Position numbers and translations under genes: made by a program. This document shows positions 1 through 10,372 of a DNA stretch of 64,000 bases, in pieces. The number at the start of each line of letters is the position of its first letter. Within the stretch, counting starts at the first letter, position 1. The notes under the pieces are model-generated. The model made no database searches and was not told the DNA's origin. It was given only the letters and a program-made list of their open reading frames with translations. Where the stretch lies: the IMG/VR virus record IMGVR_UViG_3300043823_000671, positions 28,737 through 92,736 of that record. One strand, given 5' to 3'. This stretch comes from a virus.

Positions 1-214
1 GCTGTGAAGGCAAAAAAGGACAAGGGTGCCAACTAAGCAAAACAACCTATGGGCGGTAGAAACGCCTCAAGGACAGATGTTATTTCGCTTTGAAAAAAGC
101 GCACTAATCGCAGAGGAATGCGTAAAAGAAATGAAGGGAGAAACATGGCAATTGTCATTGGAGTCATAGTCGTTTTGGCTAGTGTGTATCTATTATCTGG
201 CGGAGAGGAAACAA

Positions 215-403
215 ATGCCTGACAACAACGATTTCACGGAAATCGAAATAGAATTCTCTGAAGAAGAGGCAGAGGCTATTCGAAAAGCCTCATCCCTCAA
301 GGGCGTAACGTTCGAAAAGTACGTTGAAGATGCGCTCGCCTCTTTCATCACCAGATGGAAAGAGAATGCCAATGGACAACCAGACTCCGAGACCGAGGGA
401 TAA
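215..403 (+). CDS. Small putative ribbon-helix-helix-like DNA-binding protein
   Basis: IEIEFSEEEAEAIRKASSLKGVTFEKYV resembles a beta-helix-helix RHH pattern; start taken at ATG 215 after GAGGA. Confidence 0.35.
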   Translation: MPDNNDFTEIEIEFSEEEAEAIRKASSLKGVTFEKYVEDALASFITRWKENANGQPDSETEG

Positions 404-797
404 AAGCCCCTGGGCTACCTCTACTCCGGGGTTGTCGCCAGAAGAAGTAACGAAGAGGATTAATCAGAAAATGGTTGATTCGTTTGGGGACGACTACCCA
501 ACCATCTGGGCGGGAGCAGTGGCAATAGCCAGACCCAAAGGCGCTTCGATATTTGACTGGATAGAAAAGTTGGAATCAGCAAGGGCGTTGCCAACGTACC
601 TTGAGCGCAGAACCGCACTCTACGAACTTATAGTCGAGTACGCAGAAAAACTGGAAAATCAAGAAGCACGTGAAAACGTTGCTAAAAAATTGGAAAGAGT
701 CAATTTGAATCGTGAGATAAACGAGGATAAGTTTGACTACGAGTACAGAAGTACAAACGAAAAAAGGGAAGAGCAATACAAATGGTGGAACAACTAG
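372..797 (+). CDS. Hypothetical protein
   Basis: Open frame between overlapping neighbours; start uncertain. Confidence 0.5.
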   Translation: MDNQTPRPRDKSPWATSTPGLSPEEVTKRINQKMVDSFGDDYPTIWAGAVAIARPKGASIFDWIEKLESARALPTYLERRTALYELIVEYAEKLENQEARENVAKKLERVNLNREINEDKFDYEYRSTNEKREEQYKWWNN

Positions 798-1033
798 GTG
801 ACTACTGGTGGGAAAATGCCTCATGCAAGGGCATGGATACCGAAATCTTTTTCCCCGAACGAGGGCGCTCGCACTTGTCGGAGCGAGTCATCTTTGAGGT
901 GTGCGGTAACTGCCCCGTGCAGGAGAAGTGTCTTGAGTATGCAATTGAAAACGACTGCACCGTCGGATACTACGGTGGCGTCAGTGCTAGGAACCGTCGA
1001 GTTGCTCGTCAACGAAATGTTTGGGTCGCATAA
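782..1033 (+). CDS. whiB: WhiB-family transcription factor
   Basis: WWENASC..DTEIFFP..C..CPV...CLEYA....GYYGG: four Cys plus the G-x-x-G-G turn. Confidence 0.9.
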   Translation: MVEQLGDYWWENASCKGMDTEIFFPERGRSHLSERVIFEVCGNCPVQEKCLEYAIENDCTVGYYGGVSARNRRVARQRNVWVA

Positions 1034-1196
1034 TGGCTAAGTGGCGCATTAGGCACGATGCGAGGATTGCACGGGCTTATGAATCGCACATTATTGAAGC
1101 CCACAACATCAACCACGCAGAATCACTAATGCGAGCGACGGAAGACCTCGACTGGGACAGCGGGCGCTTCGATTGGACTATTGAAATGGTGGCTGA

Positions 1197-1586
1197 GTGA
1201 GCGAAACGGTTGGACGCTGGACCATAGACGCAAGCGGGAAACTCGTAGCGGTGCGGGGGGCAAGGAACAGCACCGGCTCTCCAGGCGAGCACGGCACTGC
1301 GAATATGTACTTCACCAAAAAGTGCAGATGTAAACCCTGTCGCAAGGCGGCAACTGAGTACAGCAAGATGGTTCGCTATCAGCGCTATGCGACACCATAC
1401 GAAAAAATCCCACACGGCACAAAAAACGGGTACTGCAACTACGGGTGTAGGTGCAAGCCATGCCTCAAAGCAGTGCAGGCGTACAAGAAAAAGTACACAC
1501 AATCACCAGAGTCAAAGAAGCGCCAGAACGAAAAGCGAAACGAGAGACGTCGCTTGCAACGGGAAGCGCTAAGGGGCGCCAACTAG
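1197..1586 (+). CDS. Zn-binding protein with two HGT..Y..CRCxxC repeats
   Basis: HGTANMYFTKKCRCKPC and HGTKNGYCNYGCRCKPC; basic C-terminus. Confidence 0.65.
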   Translation: MSETVGRWTIDASGKLVAVRGARNSTGSPGEHGTANMYFTKKCRCKPCRKAATEYSKMVRYQRYATPYEKIPHGTKNGYCNYGCRCKPCLKAVQAYKKKYTQSPESKKRQNEKRNERRRLQREALRGAN

Positions 1587-1608
1587 AACCCCGTTGTAGC
1601 ATTGATGC

Positions 1609-2820
1609 ATGGGAATCAACGTTTCAGCGGAAGTAATAGCAATTGACAGCATCAAGCCCCACCCGCTCAACCCACGGCTGGGCGACATTGTCGCTATTGC
1701 GGACTCGCTAAAAACCCACGGTCAGTACTCACCGGTCGTCATTTGGAATGACACCATCATCGCTGGAACGCACACCTGGAAAGCGGCAAAATCCCTTGGG
1801 TGGAAGGAAATAGCGGTAACACGCTACAAGGGCGATGAAGACAGCGCCATGAGGGTCCTGGTAGCCGATAACAGGACGAGTGACATAGCGGTCTACAACA
1901 ATGAAATACTTCTACAGTTGCTAAAAGCAGTCCCAGAATTGGATGGGACGGGCTGGGAAACAGCGGAGATAGAAGCGCTAAATATCTCTCACGAACTCGA
2001 TTCCGGCGGGGTGGCAGGTGCTGGCGGTGGCGGAGCGGGTAAAAAAGACGGCGCCGAAACAGTCAAAATACGTATCGGTGAGTTTCAGGGCGACCTCGAC
2101 CCAGAAATTTACGGCATTTGGATACAAAGCCTTATCGATGCGGTTGGCGAAAAAAAGGCGAAGATAAATAAAGAACTGAGGGACCGTCTAGATGTCCCCA
2201 AGGAACCGAGGGCGCCCAAAAAAGACACCAAAGAGCCTCCAAAGCCCCGTTTGAGCCAGCAAAATTTCAGCATGGGCGAGACGACCCTCGAACCCATATC
2301 GAGCCTAAAAAGGTATCCAGCGAACCCCAGAGAAGGCGATATAGGTGCAATCAGCGAGTCGCTCAGGACCCTGGGGCAATACCGACCCGTTGTCGTCAAC
2401 CGCTCCACGAGGGAAATCCTGAAAGGCAACCACACCGTAGCGGGCGCTTCGTCGCTTGGCTGGACGGAAATAGCGGTCGTCTGGGTCGACGTAGACACCG
2501 TCGAGGCTACCAAAATTGTTCTCGTAGACAACAAAACCTCAGACAAAGCGACCTACGACAAAGACCTGCTCACTGGAGTTTTGGAAGATATCAGCACCCT
2601 GGAAGGTACGGGCTTCGATGCCGACGACTTCCACCAAGAAATTCGTGGGAACGATACGACACCAAAGCAATCCAAAGTCAAGTTTAGGATTGGTGAGTAC
2701 GGATTTACAAGCACGCAAAACGTTTACGAAACGTGGCGGGAAGAAGTTGACCTACCAAACGATGCTCTACATCGACTGGGGTTGCCGTTGACCGCCCTTG
2801 TAAACAAGACCGAGGAATAA
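1609..2820 (+). CDS. Tandem ParB/Srx-like domain protein
   Basis: Two copies of P.NPR.GDI.AI..SL...GQY.PVV....I..G.HT..A..LGW.EIAV....L.DN.TSD.A.Y. Confidence 0.85.
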   Translation: MGINVSAEVIAIDSIKPHPLNPRLGDIVAIADSLKTHGQYSPVVIWNDTIIAGTHTWKAAKSLGWKEIAVTRYKGDEDSAMRVLVADNRTSDIAVYNNEILLQLLKAVPELDGTGWETAEIEALNISHELDSGGVAGAGGGGAGKKDGAETVKIRIGEFQGDLDPEIYGIWIQSLIDAVGEKKAKINKELRDRLDVPKEPRAPKKDTKEPPKPRLSQQNFSMGETTLEPISSLKRYPANPREGDIGAISESLRTLGQYRPVVVNRSTREILKGNHTVAGASSLGWTEIAVVWVDVDTVEATKIVLVDNKTSDKATYDKDLLTGVLEDISTLEGTGFDADDFHQEIRGNDTTPKQSKVKFRIGEYGFTSTQNVYETWREEVDLPNDALHRLGLPLTALVNKTEE

Positions 2821-2822
2821 AC

Positions 2823-3215
2823 GTGGACGAACTAAACGAAATTGCGGACTGGTTGGACCAAGCAGATAACGAAAATGTTATTTCCAAGTCCGGCGAGACA
2901 TATGTTCCACCACAAGGAGTCCAAGACTCAGCAAAGCAAGCCCTCGAATGGATGGCTGATGGCAAGGCTGGAGTTGGGTTTACGTCCGTCGGGCGAAAGC
3001 GTGCAAGCGACCTAGCCAACGGTCACCACGTCTCAGAGAAAACGCTACGACGCATGAAGGCATACTTCGACCGTCACCAACCCGACAAAAAGTCTCCGCA
3101 CTGGGACGAGCCGAGCCCGGGGAAAGTTGCGTGGTACGCATGGGGCGGTGACCCTGGCTACTCATGGGCTAAAAAAATGGTCGACCAATTCAACCGAGCC
3201 GACGAGAAGAAGTAG
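2823..3215 (+). CDS. Conserved phage head-associated small protein with IxxW leader
   Basis: PP.GV...A..ALEW...G.T.VG..RA..LA.G..VS..T..RM..YF.RH...SPG.VAW..WGG..G..WA is a pattern seen in phage head-morphogenesis proteins; leader EIADWL..VISK|SG. Confidence 0.6.
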   Translation: MDELNEIADWLDQADNENVISKSGETYVPPQGVQDSAKQALEWMADGKAGVGFTSVGRKRASDLANGHHVSEKTLRRMKAYFDRHQPDKKSPHWDEPSPGKVAWYAWGGDPGYSWAKKMVDQFNRADEKK

Positions 3216-3232
3216 TCAGAAAGTCTATTCAA

Positions 3233-4843
3233 ATGCCAGAGGAACTTACTCTCATTCAAAAACTCGCCATCATCATGAAGGGCGACGTTCCGGGTCATGA
3301 GTTTCATGGCAATCAATACACGGGTGGCGAAGGGGCAACGGGGGAAGGTCTACTAACCGGAGCACAAGTTAAGTCCGCAATTTTCTCCCCCAAAGGCATT
3401 GAAGCATTTAATCAAGTGATGATGAAACAGGGTTACCTCGCCTATCCAAATAACCACCCCATGTTTGGCGGTTGCGGAGTGGTCGCTAAAGCGTTGCTCA
3501 ACATTTACCCCAACGGGAAAATGGTTGCTATTGGCGACCGAATAACGCCAGAAGAAGGGCAAAACTACCCGCCTATTTTCGTTCAGCACTATGCAGTGCA
3601 AATTGGACCAGATAAGTTTGTTGATGCCGAAGGCGAAAGAAGTTTCGAACAAATAAAGAAAGACTCAGACCCATTTTCATTTACCTCTAGGTGGGAAGTT
3701 GAGCCCGCCACGCCAAGCCTTATATCAAGGTTCCAAAGCATCGCTACTTGCACCGACCAAGAAGCCAAAGACTACGCCAACGCATTACTGGAGGCGAGTG
3801 GCAGTGACCAAGTAGTCAAGGGCGACAAGCCCGGGCACGACTTCCACGGCAATCAGTATGAAGAAGTCGCAAGCGAAGGAACCCAAAAAGTAGACAACGT
3901 TTTTGGGTACAAATTGCCAACTGGGTGGAGTCGCCTCGTGGACCAAAATGGTAAAGACGTTGACCCGTCCGTCGTCACCCTCGTTTCCGACAAGGGGAAC
4001 AAAGCAATTTTCCCAGAGTACCCAGACGACAACCCGTCACGGATGTCTGACCCGTCAGCCAATTTCTGGCAACCGGCGCTACCCGAAGCAAAATCAGCAA
4101 TGGCGACAATCGACCAGTACGCATCCGGCGTCACTTTGAATTTCTTGAACCAAGCCGGTAAAAACGCAATGGGCGCATTTAACCCCAAGCACCCAGACAC
4201 CATCGAAATTGGCAATTACAGGAAATGGAATCCAGAAACACGCCTAAGCAACGGTAAGACCGCAGAAACCCCCCACAACAGCATCAATCCACCTTATGGC
4301 GAACTAGGTGGCTGGAGCGTAAGCAGTATGTTCAAGGGTGGTGACGGTATACGGGCAACCGTACTGCACGAATTGGGTCATTTGACTTTTTTTGGCACCG
4401 GACACGAAGTGAACAAAATCTACGACGTGCTGGAGCAGACCAAAAAAGATATCGGTGACACCGGGCGAGCGGTCAATTGGGAAAACGCACACGTTGCGTC
4501 AATCCGCAGGGCGCTCGTGGCATCATCAAAAAACTACTCGGGCATAATTCTTGAAGGCAAAGACTACAAGTTTTCATACGACGAGCGAGGTAAGCCAAAC
4601 GTCGACGAACTTACCCAACGAATTATTGATGATGGCGTGGATGCGACATTCCCCCTTACGGAAGCGCAAGCAAGCACCCTATCCAGGTATGGGACCACAA
4701 GATATGGTGCGACAAACTTGGGCGAAATGTTCGCAGAAACATACGCAATGTATAGAACACCTCAGTTTGAGATGACGCCACTAATGTCGAACATGGCAAA
4801 AGCATTCAACTGGGGCGAACGACCCAACCAAGGACAGCAATAA
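3233..4843 (+). CDS. Tagged effector polyprotein: papain/transglutaminase-like domain plus zincin metallopeptidase
   Basis: Two KGDxPGHxFHGNQY tags (3278, 3818). Domain 1 has GGCGVVAKAL..HYAV..FVDAEG (C-H-D). Domain 2 has VLHELGH (4367-4381) and YGATNLGEMFAETY. Confidence 0.7.
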   Translation: MPEELTLIQKLAIIMKGDVPGHEFHGNQYTGGEGATGEGLLTGAQVKSAIFSPKGIEAFNQVMMKQGYLAYPNNHPMFGGCGVVAKALLNIYPNGKMVAIGDRITPEEGQNYPPIFVQHYAVQIGPDKFVDAEGERSFEQIKKDSDPFSFTSRWEVEPATPSLISRFQSIATCTDQEAKDYANALLEASGSDQVVKGDKPGHDFHGNQYEEVASEGTQKVDNVFGYKLPTGWSRLVDQNGKDVDPSVVTLVSDKGNKAIFPEYPDDNPSRMSDPSANFWQPALPEAKSAMATIDQYASGVTLNFLNQAGKNAMGAFNPKHPDTIEIGNYRKWNPETRLSNGKTAETPHNSINPPYGELGGWSVSSMFKGGDGIRATVLHELGHLTFFGTGHEVNKIYDVLEQTKKDIGDTGRAVNWENAHVASIRRALVASSKNYSGIILEGKDYKFSYDERGKPNVDELTQRIIDDGVDATFPLTEAQASTLSRYGTTRYGATNLGEMFAETYAMYRTPQFEMTPLMSNMAKAFNWGERPNQGQQ

Positions 4844-4992
4844 TGGAAAAGCCAAATCTCAAAAACGGGATGGCGGAAATTTCGTATGTCGAGACAGAGC
4901 GTGGCGGGTACACCGCCATCGGAAAATACTTTTTGTCTCGGGATGGTGAACTGAAGCCAGAGTCTGAGTACAGCGAAGAAAACGAGATGTAG
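4843..4992 (+). CDS. 49-aa acidic protein coupled to the effector gene (possible immunity/accessory)
   Basis: TAATG stop/start overlap; MEKPNLKNGMAEISY...EYSEENEM. Confidence 0.4.
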   Translation: MEKPNLKNGMAEISYVETERGGYTAIGKYFLSRDGELKPESEYSEENEM

Positions 4993-5074
4993 GCACCAGT
5001 TTCCAAAACTGGCGCAACGAAAATCACCATAAGTAAGTGATTACTTAATCATTCAAATCTTTAGCCCGGGTTAC

Positions 5075-5103
5075 TTGACACCAGTACACCAGGTCACTAC
5101 AGT
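5075..5103 (+). promoter_or_regulatory. SigA-type promoter
   Basis: TTGACA-N17-TACAGT upstream of an AAGGAG RBS and ATG 5133. Confidence 0.65.
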
Positions 5104-5132
5104 GTGCTACACCTAGTTAAAGGAGTAGCCAC

Positions 5133-5330
5133 ATGGCATCAATCCTCATTTTGGCAGTAGTCGTGTTGTACTGGTTCTGCCTAATCGAAGCAATTCTCAT
5201 CCCGGGTCCGCAGTGGCTCCGGGCTGGAAAGAGCAAGGGCGCATGGGTCACGTTGCTCATTTTCTTCGGAATCTTTGCAGGAATCCCGTACCTAATCAGC
5301 ATTCGTAACGCCGTTAAGTCGGCTAAGTAG
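5133..5330 (+). CDS. Small two-TM membrane protein
   Basis: Two hydrophobic segments around W..AG.SK..W; strong RBS. Confidence 0.7.
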   Translation: MASILILAVVVLYWFCLIEAILIPGPQWLRAGKSKGAWVTLLIFFGIFAGIPYLISIRNAVKSAK

Positions 5331-5470
5331 CAATTGGCGGTACGTCTAACTAAACGTTATTCGTACTTCTAATTGACAAAAGTTCGTTCGTCGGTACCCG
5401 GTTTTCCCTTACTTCCCGGGTACCGGCGGGCGTCCCAAGCCGAGCGTGCTAAAAGCCGATAGGACCGAAC

Positions 5471-6637
5471 GTGCCCGAAGAAGAGCAGTTATCGCTAACG
5501 CTAACCGAACAGCCGTCGCACGACGTATGGTTACCGCTCGAACGCTCAACGACGCCACTCGTCTCAGTACTTGAACTAGACGAAATAACGCAACAAGCAG
5601 TCGCTAAATTCGACTACTCATCAGTTTCCACCGAGTTCTACCCGTGGAAAATACCCGAAGACTTACCAGAAGAGTATGGGATTGGTCTAATCGTTGGCGG
5701 GTCGGGAACTGGTAAAACCGTACTGTTGGAAGAGTTTGGCACACCGTCATCACCGGCGTGGGACAACAACAAAACCATTGCGAGTCACTTCGACGACCAC
5801 GAGATGGCACTTCAGCGGTTCTACGCAGTCGGGTTGTCGTCAGTCCCGGCGTGGACAAAGCCGTACGGCGTACTTAGCAACGGCGAAAAATTTAGAGCGA
5901 ATTTGGCTCGACTTCTAACCAGCGACACCGTTATAGATGAGTTCACCTCAGTAGTTGACCGGACGGTCGCAAAAGCATCGTCAAAGACCATGCGAAAGTA
6001 CGTAGAAGAGTGCGGAATCCAGCACCTCGTTCTCGCATCGTGTCACCACGACATAATCCCATGGCTCGAACCTGACTGGATAATTGACACCGATTCAGGT
6101 ATGTACTGCATCAAGCCAAAGGAGTGTCTTCATCGGGAACCCATGGTGGCAGAAATATACGAAGTCAAAAGAGAAATGTGGGGAAATTTCATGGAACACC
6201 ACTACCTCACTAAAGATATTCACAGGTCAGCAACCTGTTTCCTAGCAGTTGTAGAAGGAAGACCAGCGGGCTTCGCCAGTTCGTTGTATTTCCCAAGTGG
6301 GTCAATACAAAACGCCTACCGGGAGCACCGGACCGTAGTCAAGCCAGACTTCCAGGGTCTCGGGCTGGGACCGAGGATGGCTGACTGGCTAGGCGAGTAC
6401 TACTTAAACCGTGGATTTAGGTTTTTTTCAAGGAGCAAGCACGGTCGGTTGGGCGAGTGGCGAGAAGCATCACCCCGATGGCGGGCTACGTCAACCAACA
6501 AAAAGGCACGACTCAGCAAAGACGCCAAACGAAATAATGATTTAGCGCACTGGGGTCACGCCAGGCAATGGGCGTATTCGCACGAGTATGTGGGCGACGT
6601 GGCAGAAGTTCTAGTCTCCGAAGGAGAAAAAATATGA
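5471..6637 (+). CDS. ABC-type ATPase fused to a GNAT acetyltransferase
   Basis: Walker A GGSGTGKT, LSNGEKFRA, Walker B IDEFTSVVDR; C-terminal HHYL...RTVVKPDFQGLGLG acetyl-CoA motif. Confidence 0.85.
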   Translation: MPEEEQLSLTLTEQPSHDVWLPLERSTTPLVSVLELDEITQQAVAKFDYSSVSTEFYPWKIPEDLPEEYGIGLIVGGSGTGKTVLLEEFGTPSSPAWDNNKTIASHFDDHEMALQRFYAVGLSSVPAWTKPYGVLSNGEKFRANLARLLTSDTVIDEFTSVVDRTVAKASSKTMRKYVEECGIQHLVLASCHHDIIPWLEPDWIIDTDSGMYCIKPKECLHREPMVAEIYEVKREMWGNFMEHHYLTKDIHRSATCFLAVVEGRPAGFASSLYFPSGSIQNAYREHRTVVKPDFQGLGLGPRMADWLGEYYLNRGFRFFSRSKHGRLGEWREASPRWRATSTNKKARLSKDAKRNNDLAHWGHARQWAYSHEYVGDVAEVLVSEGEKI

Positions 6638-7328
6638 AGAAATTAGGGTGGCTAACGTTGATAGGTATGGCGGTTGTGTTTATGCTGGCATACCTCGCTA
6701 TCGACACCATGGAGAACGCACCGTGAAAACCAAACTGGGCTACGACTTTTACCTCCGTAGCGGGGCGATGGAGTTCAACCGGCACGCAAAGAAGAAAAAT
6801 GGCCGCTCAACCGAAGGATGGCTAGAGTTTTCATGGCGTCACGTCGGTCTGGGTATCAACGTACGGTTCTCACGTCATAACTTCACGCTCGACATCAACC
6901 TTCCATTCGTGCAGTTCTATGTCGATAGTTACAACTTCACCAAGTTAGTAGAGAAACCAGTCGATGCGTGGGGGGACAAATGGTAAAAGCCAAGACAAAG
7001 CGCAACACTAGACGGTTCCACGTAGCAAGCGCCACAGCCTTTCCAAATATCAGGGTGTGGTTCGCACGGTGTTCAGACTGTTCGACCGTACTGCGCTTCA
7101 CAGACAAACCACCGTTAGGGTACGCACGCAACACCTATTTAGCAAAATCCGAAGACATGGTCCGGATGCAACTAGACGAGATACTTAGGTGGCGAGTCCT
7201 CGGTAATGGCGACCAAGTCTGCCACGAGTGTTTCGTCAAGCACAACACCGGGGCGGGCGAATAGTGGACACCGTGATAGTCATGGCGGTTGGGGTGGTCT
7301 TGTTACTGCTCCTGATGGGAGTGACTTC

Positions 7329-8093
7329 GTGGTAGGTGGAACAGTTGAGGTACAAAACAAAGACTGCCTCGACTTCCTGCGCTCCGTAGAAGACGCCAGC
7401 GTCTCTTTGGTTATTGCTGACCCTCCGTATTTCATAGGATACGACGGAGGCAAAGGCTGGGACTCGCAATGGGCGAGTGAAGCAGAGTATCTCGACTGGT
7501 GTAGGTCGTGGACAAGCGAGTGTGTCCGAGTCTTGCGCCCTGGTGGTGTTCTGGTTGTTTGGGGCACGCTAAAAACTGACACGTTCCTTCGCTACAAACT
7601 TGATGTGCTGAATACTTTCGACGAGTTGGTGGCGCAGAATGAAATTGTCTGGTCGTACAACTGGGGCGGTAGAACAAAAAAGAACTTCGCTAGGAAGCAC
7701 GAATATATGTGGTGCTACTCAAAGGGCACCGACTTTTTATTCAACGCTGATGACGTTCGGGTAGAGCGCAAAGTAAAGAAAAACATACGGACTGGTCTCC
7801 CGTATGAGCAAGGGACAATACCAACGTGCGTATGGCAGATAAATAACCACACAACGTCGCTAGACAATTGCTCATGGCACCCGACAACAAAGAATCTTGA
7901 CGTATTGGAGCGACTGGTACGTGCCTACTCAAATGCGGGCGACTTGGTAATCGACCCGTTCTCGGGCTCGGGGAGTACAGCAATTGCATCCCTCCGTAGC
8001 AACAGAAGTTTCAAAGGTTCCGAGTTAGACGAAGAATATTACGAACTTTCACTTGGCCGCATCCGGTCATGTGTGGAAAAGGCAACCCAATGA
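7329..8093 (+). CDS. DNA N6-adenine/N4-cytosine methyltransferase (beta class)
   Basis: IADPPY near the N-terminus, HPTTK, and VIDPFSGSGST SAM motif near the C-terminus; GTG 7329 after GGGAG chosen as start. Confidence 0.9.
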   Translation: MVGGTVEVQNKDCLDFLRSVEDASVSLVIADPPYFIGYDGGKGWDSQWASEAEYLDWCRSWTSECVRVLRPGGVLVVWGTLKTDTFLRYKLDVLNTFDELVAQNEIVWSYNWGGRTKKNFARKHEYMWCYSKGTDFLFNADDVRVERKVKKNIRTGLPYEQGTIPTCVWQINNHTTSLDNCSWHPTTKNLDVLERLVRAYSNAGDLVIDPFSGSGSTAIASLRSNRSFKGSELDEEYYELSLGRIRSCVEKATQ

Positions 8094-8653
8094 GCGAGAA
8101 GTACGACATTATCGTTGCGGACCCACCGTGGTCCTACTACGGACAGCAAGACAAGTGGGGTAGCGCACAAAAGTTCTACAACACCATGTCGCTAGACGAC
8201 ATTATCGAAACCGGCGGGCTACCAGACAACCTAAGCGACAATGGAATCTTGTTCTTATGGGCTACTTCACCACTGCTCGACGTAGCAATGGAAGCGATAC
8301 GCCGGTGGGGACTGCACTTCAGGGGCGTAGCCTTCGTATGGGTCAAGACTAAGAAAAACGAGCCGGAGACGCCAATAAAAGCACAGGGCGTACGACCGTC
8401 AATTGTCAAGCCAACCACCGAGTACGTGCTGGCGTGTTCACGGGTAGCCAAAGGCAGACCGCTACCACTCAATGACGAGTCAATTTGCCAAGTCATATTG
8501 GCACCAAAGCGTGAGCACAGTCGCAAGCCAGACGAACTTTTTACCAGAATCGAATCCATGTACCCGGATGCGACAAAACTGGAGATGTACGCACGCCAGT
8601 CACGACCGGGCTGGGACAACTGGGGCAACCAAACCGACCTATTCGACGAGTAG
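8090..8653 (+). CDS. MT-A70 family adenine methyltransferase
   Basis: IVADPPW, LFLWAT, FVWVK, HSRKP, LEMYAR, GWDNWGNQ. Confidence 0.9.
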   Translation: MSEKYDIIVADPPWSYYGQQDKWGSAQKFYNTMSLDDIIETGGLPDNLSDNGILFLWATSPLLDVAMEAIRRWGLHFRGVAFVWVKTKKNEPETPIKAQGVRPSIVKPTTEYVLACSRVAKGRPLPLNDESICQVILAPKREHSRKPDELFTRIESMYPDATKLEMYARQSRPGWDNWGNQTDLFDE

Positions 8654-8665
8654 CAGGAGCAAGCA

Positions 8666-9034
8666 ATGGACCGGGCGCAACGACAAAGCCTACGAGAAGC
8701 ACACAGACCCTTCTTCATGACCCTAGAAGACCAAGACCTAGAGGCAATAGTCTGCGAAGTATGCGAAACGCCCTATCCGTGCGACATGGTCCAATTGCTC
8801 AACGAAACAGAACCAACTTTGTGCCAACGTTGCGATAGGGAGATAACCAAAAACGGGGCGGGGTGGAAACACCTCATAGACGACGGGAAGTTATGTAGCG
8901 CACCATCCCCAGAGGGCGAAGAACCACTACTACCCACTATGCGACTCAACCCCAAGTACAAGTTCCCAGAACAGACCTTTGTACGATGCACCTATGGACC
9001 ACCACCGTGGGCAATGGAAACAAAGACCCAATGA
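8666..9034 (+). CDS. Small Zn-binding protein of the R..LR..H..C..C..PCD paralog family
   Basis: QRQSLREAH...CEVCETPYPCDMVQLLNE matches the paralogs at 13.6-15.5 kb. Confidence 0.6.
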   Translation: MDRAQRQSLREAHRPFFMTLEDQDLEAIVCEVCETPYPCDMVQLLNETEPTLCQRCDREITKNGAGWKHLIDDGKLCSAPSPEGEEPLLPTMRLNPKYKFPEQTFVRCTYGPPPWAMETKTQ

Positions 9035-9393
9035 ATACTGAACTGGGGTAAAATAAACCCCATGGATGAACGCACGTACACCCTTCAACTAACACTTGAA
9101 GACCTAGAGGAACTAGACAACCTAGCCCACCTACTAGGCGAGTCACGGGGCGGACACCACCTAACCGGAACGCTGAAAATGGTATGCGAGTTGTACCAGG
9201 AAGCAAGCGCAAAAAACCCGGGCGAAAACAAACCACGTAGCAAGCCAGACACACCCACCTACTGGGGAATGACACAAGAACCCATAAAGGGAGAGACACC
9301 CAAATGTCTCACAGGCAACCACTCATGGAACTACGTATCCCAAAACGCCTTCTCAATGGGTATATGGGAATGCACAGAGTGCGGAAGACAGGC

Positions 9394-10203
9394 ATGACCA
9401 ACAAAGAACCAGTAATCCCAGACCCAGATACACCACTGGCAGAGGTAACCCCTAAGCGTTACGTACCAGAGGTAAAAAAGGTACGACCACCAGTACAGAC
9501 TGGACGCAAGACCACCTTGACACCAGAGTTGGTGAAAGAGATAAGCGACACGTTACGCATATGTGCAACCATGGCAGATACTGCTAGTTACCTAGGAGTG
9601 CCATATGGAACCATGCAGTCATGGATACGTAAGGGCAATGAAGTAGCCCAAGAAGCAGAGGTATCTGGACGTGAACTGACAGATAACGAACACCTGTTCG
9701 TATCGTTATCGGTAGAAGTAGAAAAAGCAAGGGCAGAGGCACGGATTAGGGCAGTCGGTAAAATCAGAACAGCCATGGACGGCAACTGGCAAGCGGCAGC
9801 CTGGTACCTAGAAAGGTCCAAACCAGATGAATGGGCACGGGTATCGAGGACTGAATTGTCAGGTATCAATGGGGAATCCATAAAGGTTGACGTGGATGCG
9901 GTCAACCGGAAGTTAGAAGCACTGATACAGGCGAACATTATTGACGCTGAGGTTGTGGAGGGACCTGAGTTCGATATGGAGGCTGAACTGGTCTCGGATG
10001 CGGTTGAGGTTGTGGTGGAAGAAGTTCCAAAAGTGGCGAAAAAGACGCCCCGCTCTCACGAGCCCCGGAAAAAATCTCAGGACACAACCCCGCCAAAAAC
10101 CCAGGATGCAGAGCCCCCGGTCGATGGCACCGAGCCGGAGCAAGCAAGCACGCCCAGCGACGTTGACACAAGCACTGGGCAGACGCCCCACTCCGAGCAA
10201 TAA
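9394..10203 (+). CDS. terS: Terminase small subunit (HTH type)
   Basis: GRKTTLTPE...ASYLGV...TMQSW HTH, KARAEA, NWQAAAWYLER...W, ELSG.NG.SI; ATGA overlap with the upstream ORF. Confidence 0.75.
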   Translation: MTNKEPVIPDPDTPLAEVTPKRYVPEVKKVRPPVQTGRKTTLTPELVKEISDTLRICATMADTASYLGVPYGTMQSWIRKGNEVAQEAEVSGRELTDNEHLFVSLSVEVEKARAEARIRAVGKIRTAMDGNWQAAAWYLERSKPDEWARVSRTELSGINGESIKVDVDAVNRKLEALIQANIIDAEVVEGPEFDMEAELVSDAVEVVVEEVPKVAKKTPRSHEPRKKSQDTTPPKTQDAEPPVDGTEPEQASTPSDVDTSTGQTPHSEQ

Positions 10204-10372
10204 ACCCACCCTGAAGTCGAGTACCCGTTCCACGGGCACGCCGAGATATTGGCATTCCACTAGGGCTATGGGCGCACGACCCACTTCTTCCAAAACCCAC
10301 GAACGCCGACGCCGGAGAACCACTACAGGTTGTGGTCGGTACCCGAATAAACAACACGGGCGTAGGAGTATC

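Noticed and set aside
1609-2820. Plasmid-prophage partition system
   Set aside because: No ParA or ParB HTH/parS is evident; the tandem ParB-N domains fit modification-associated ParB-like proteins.
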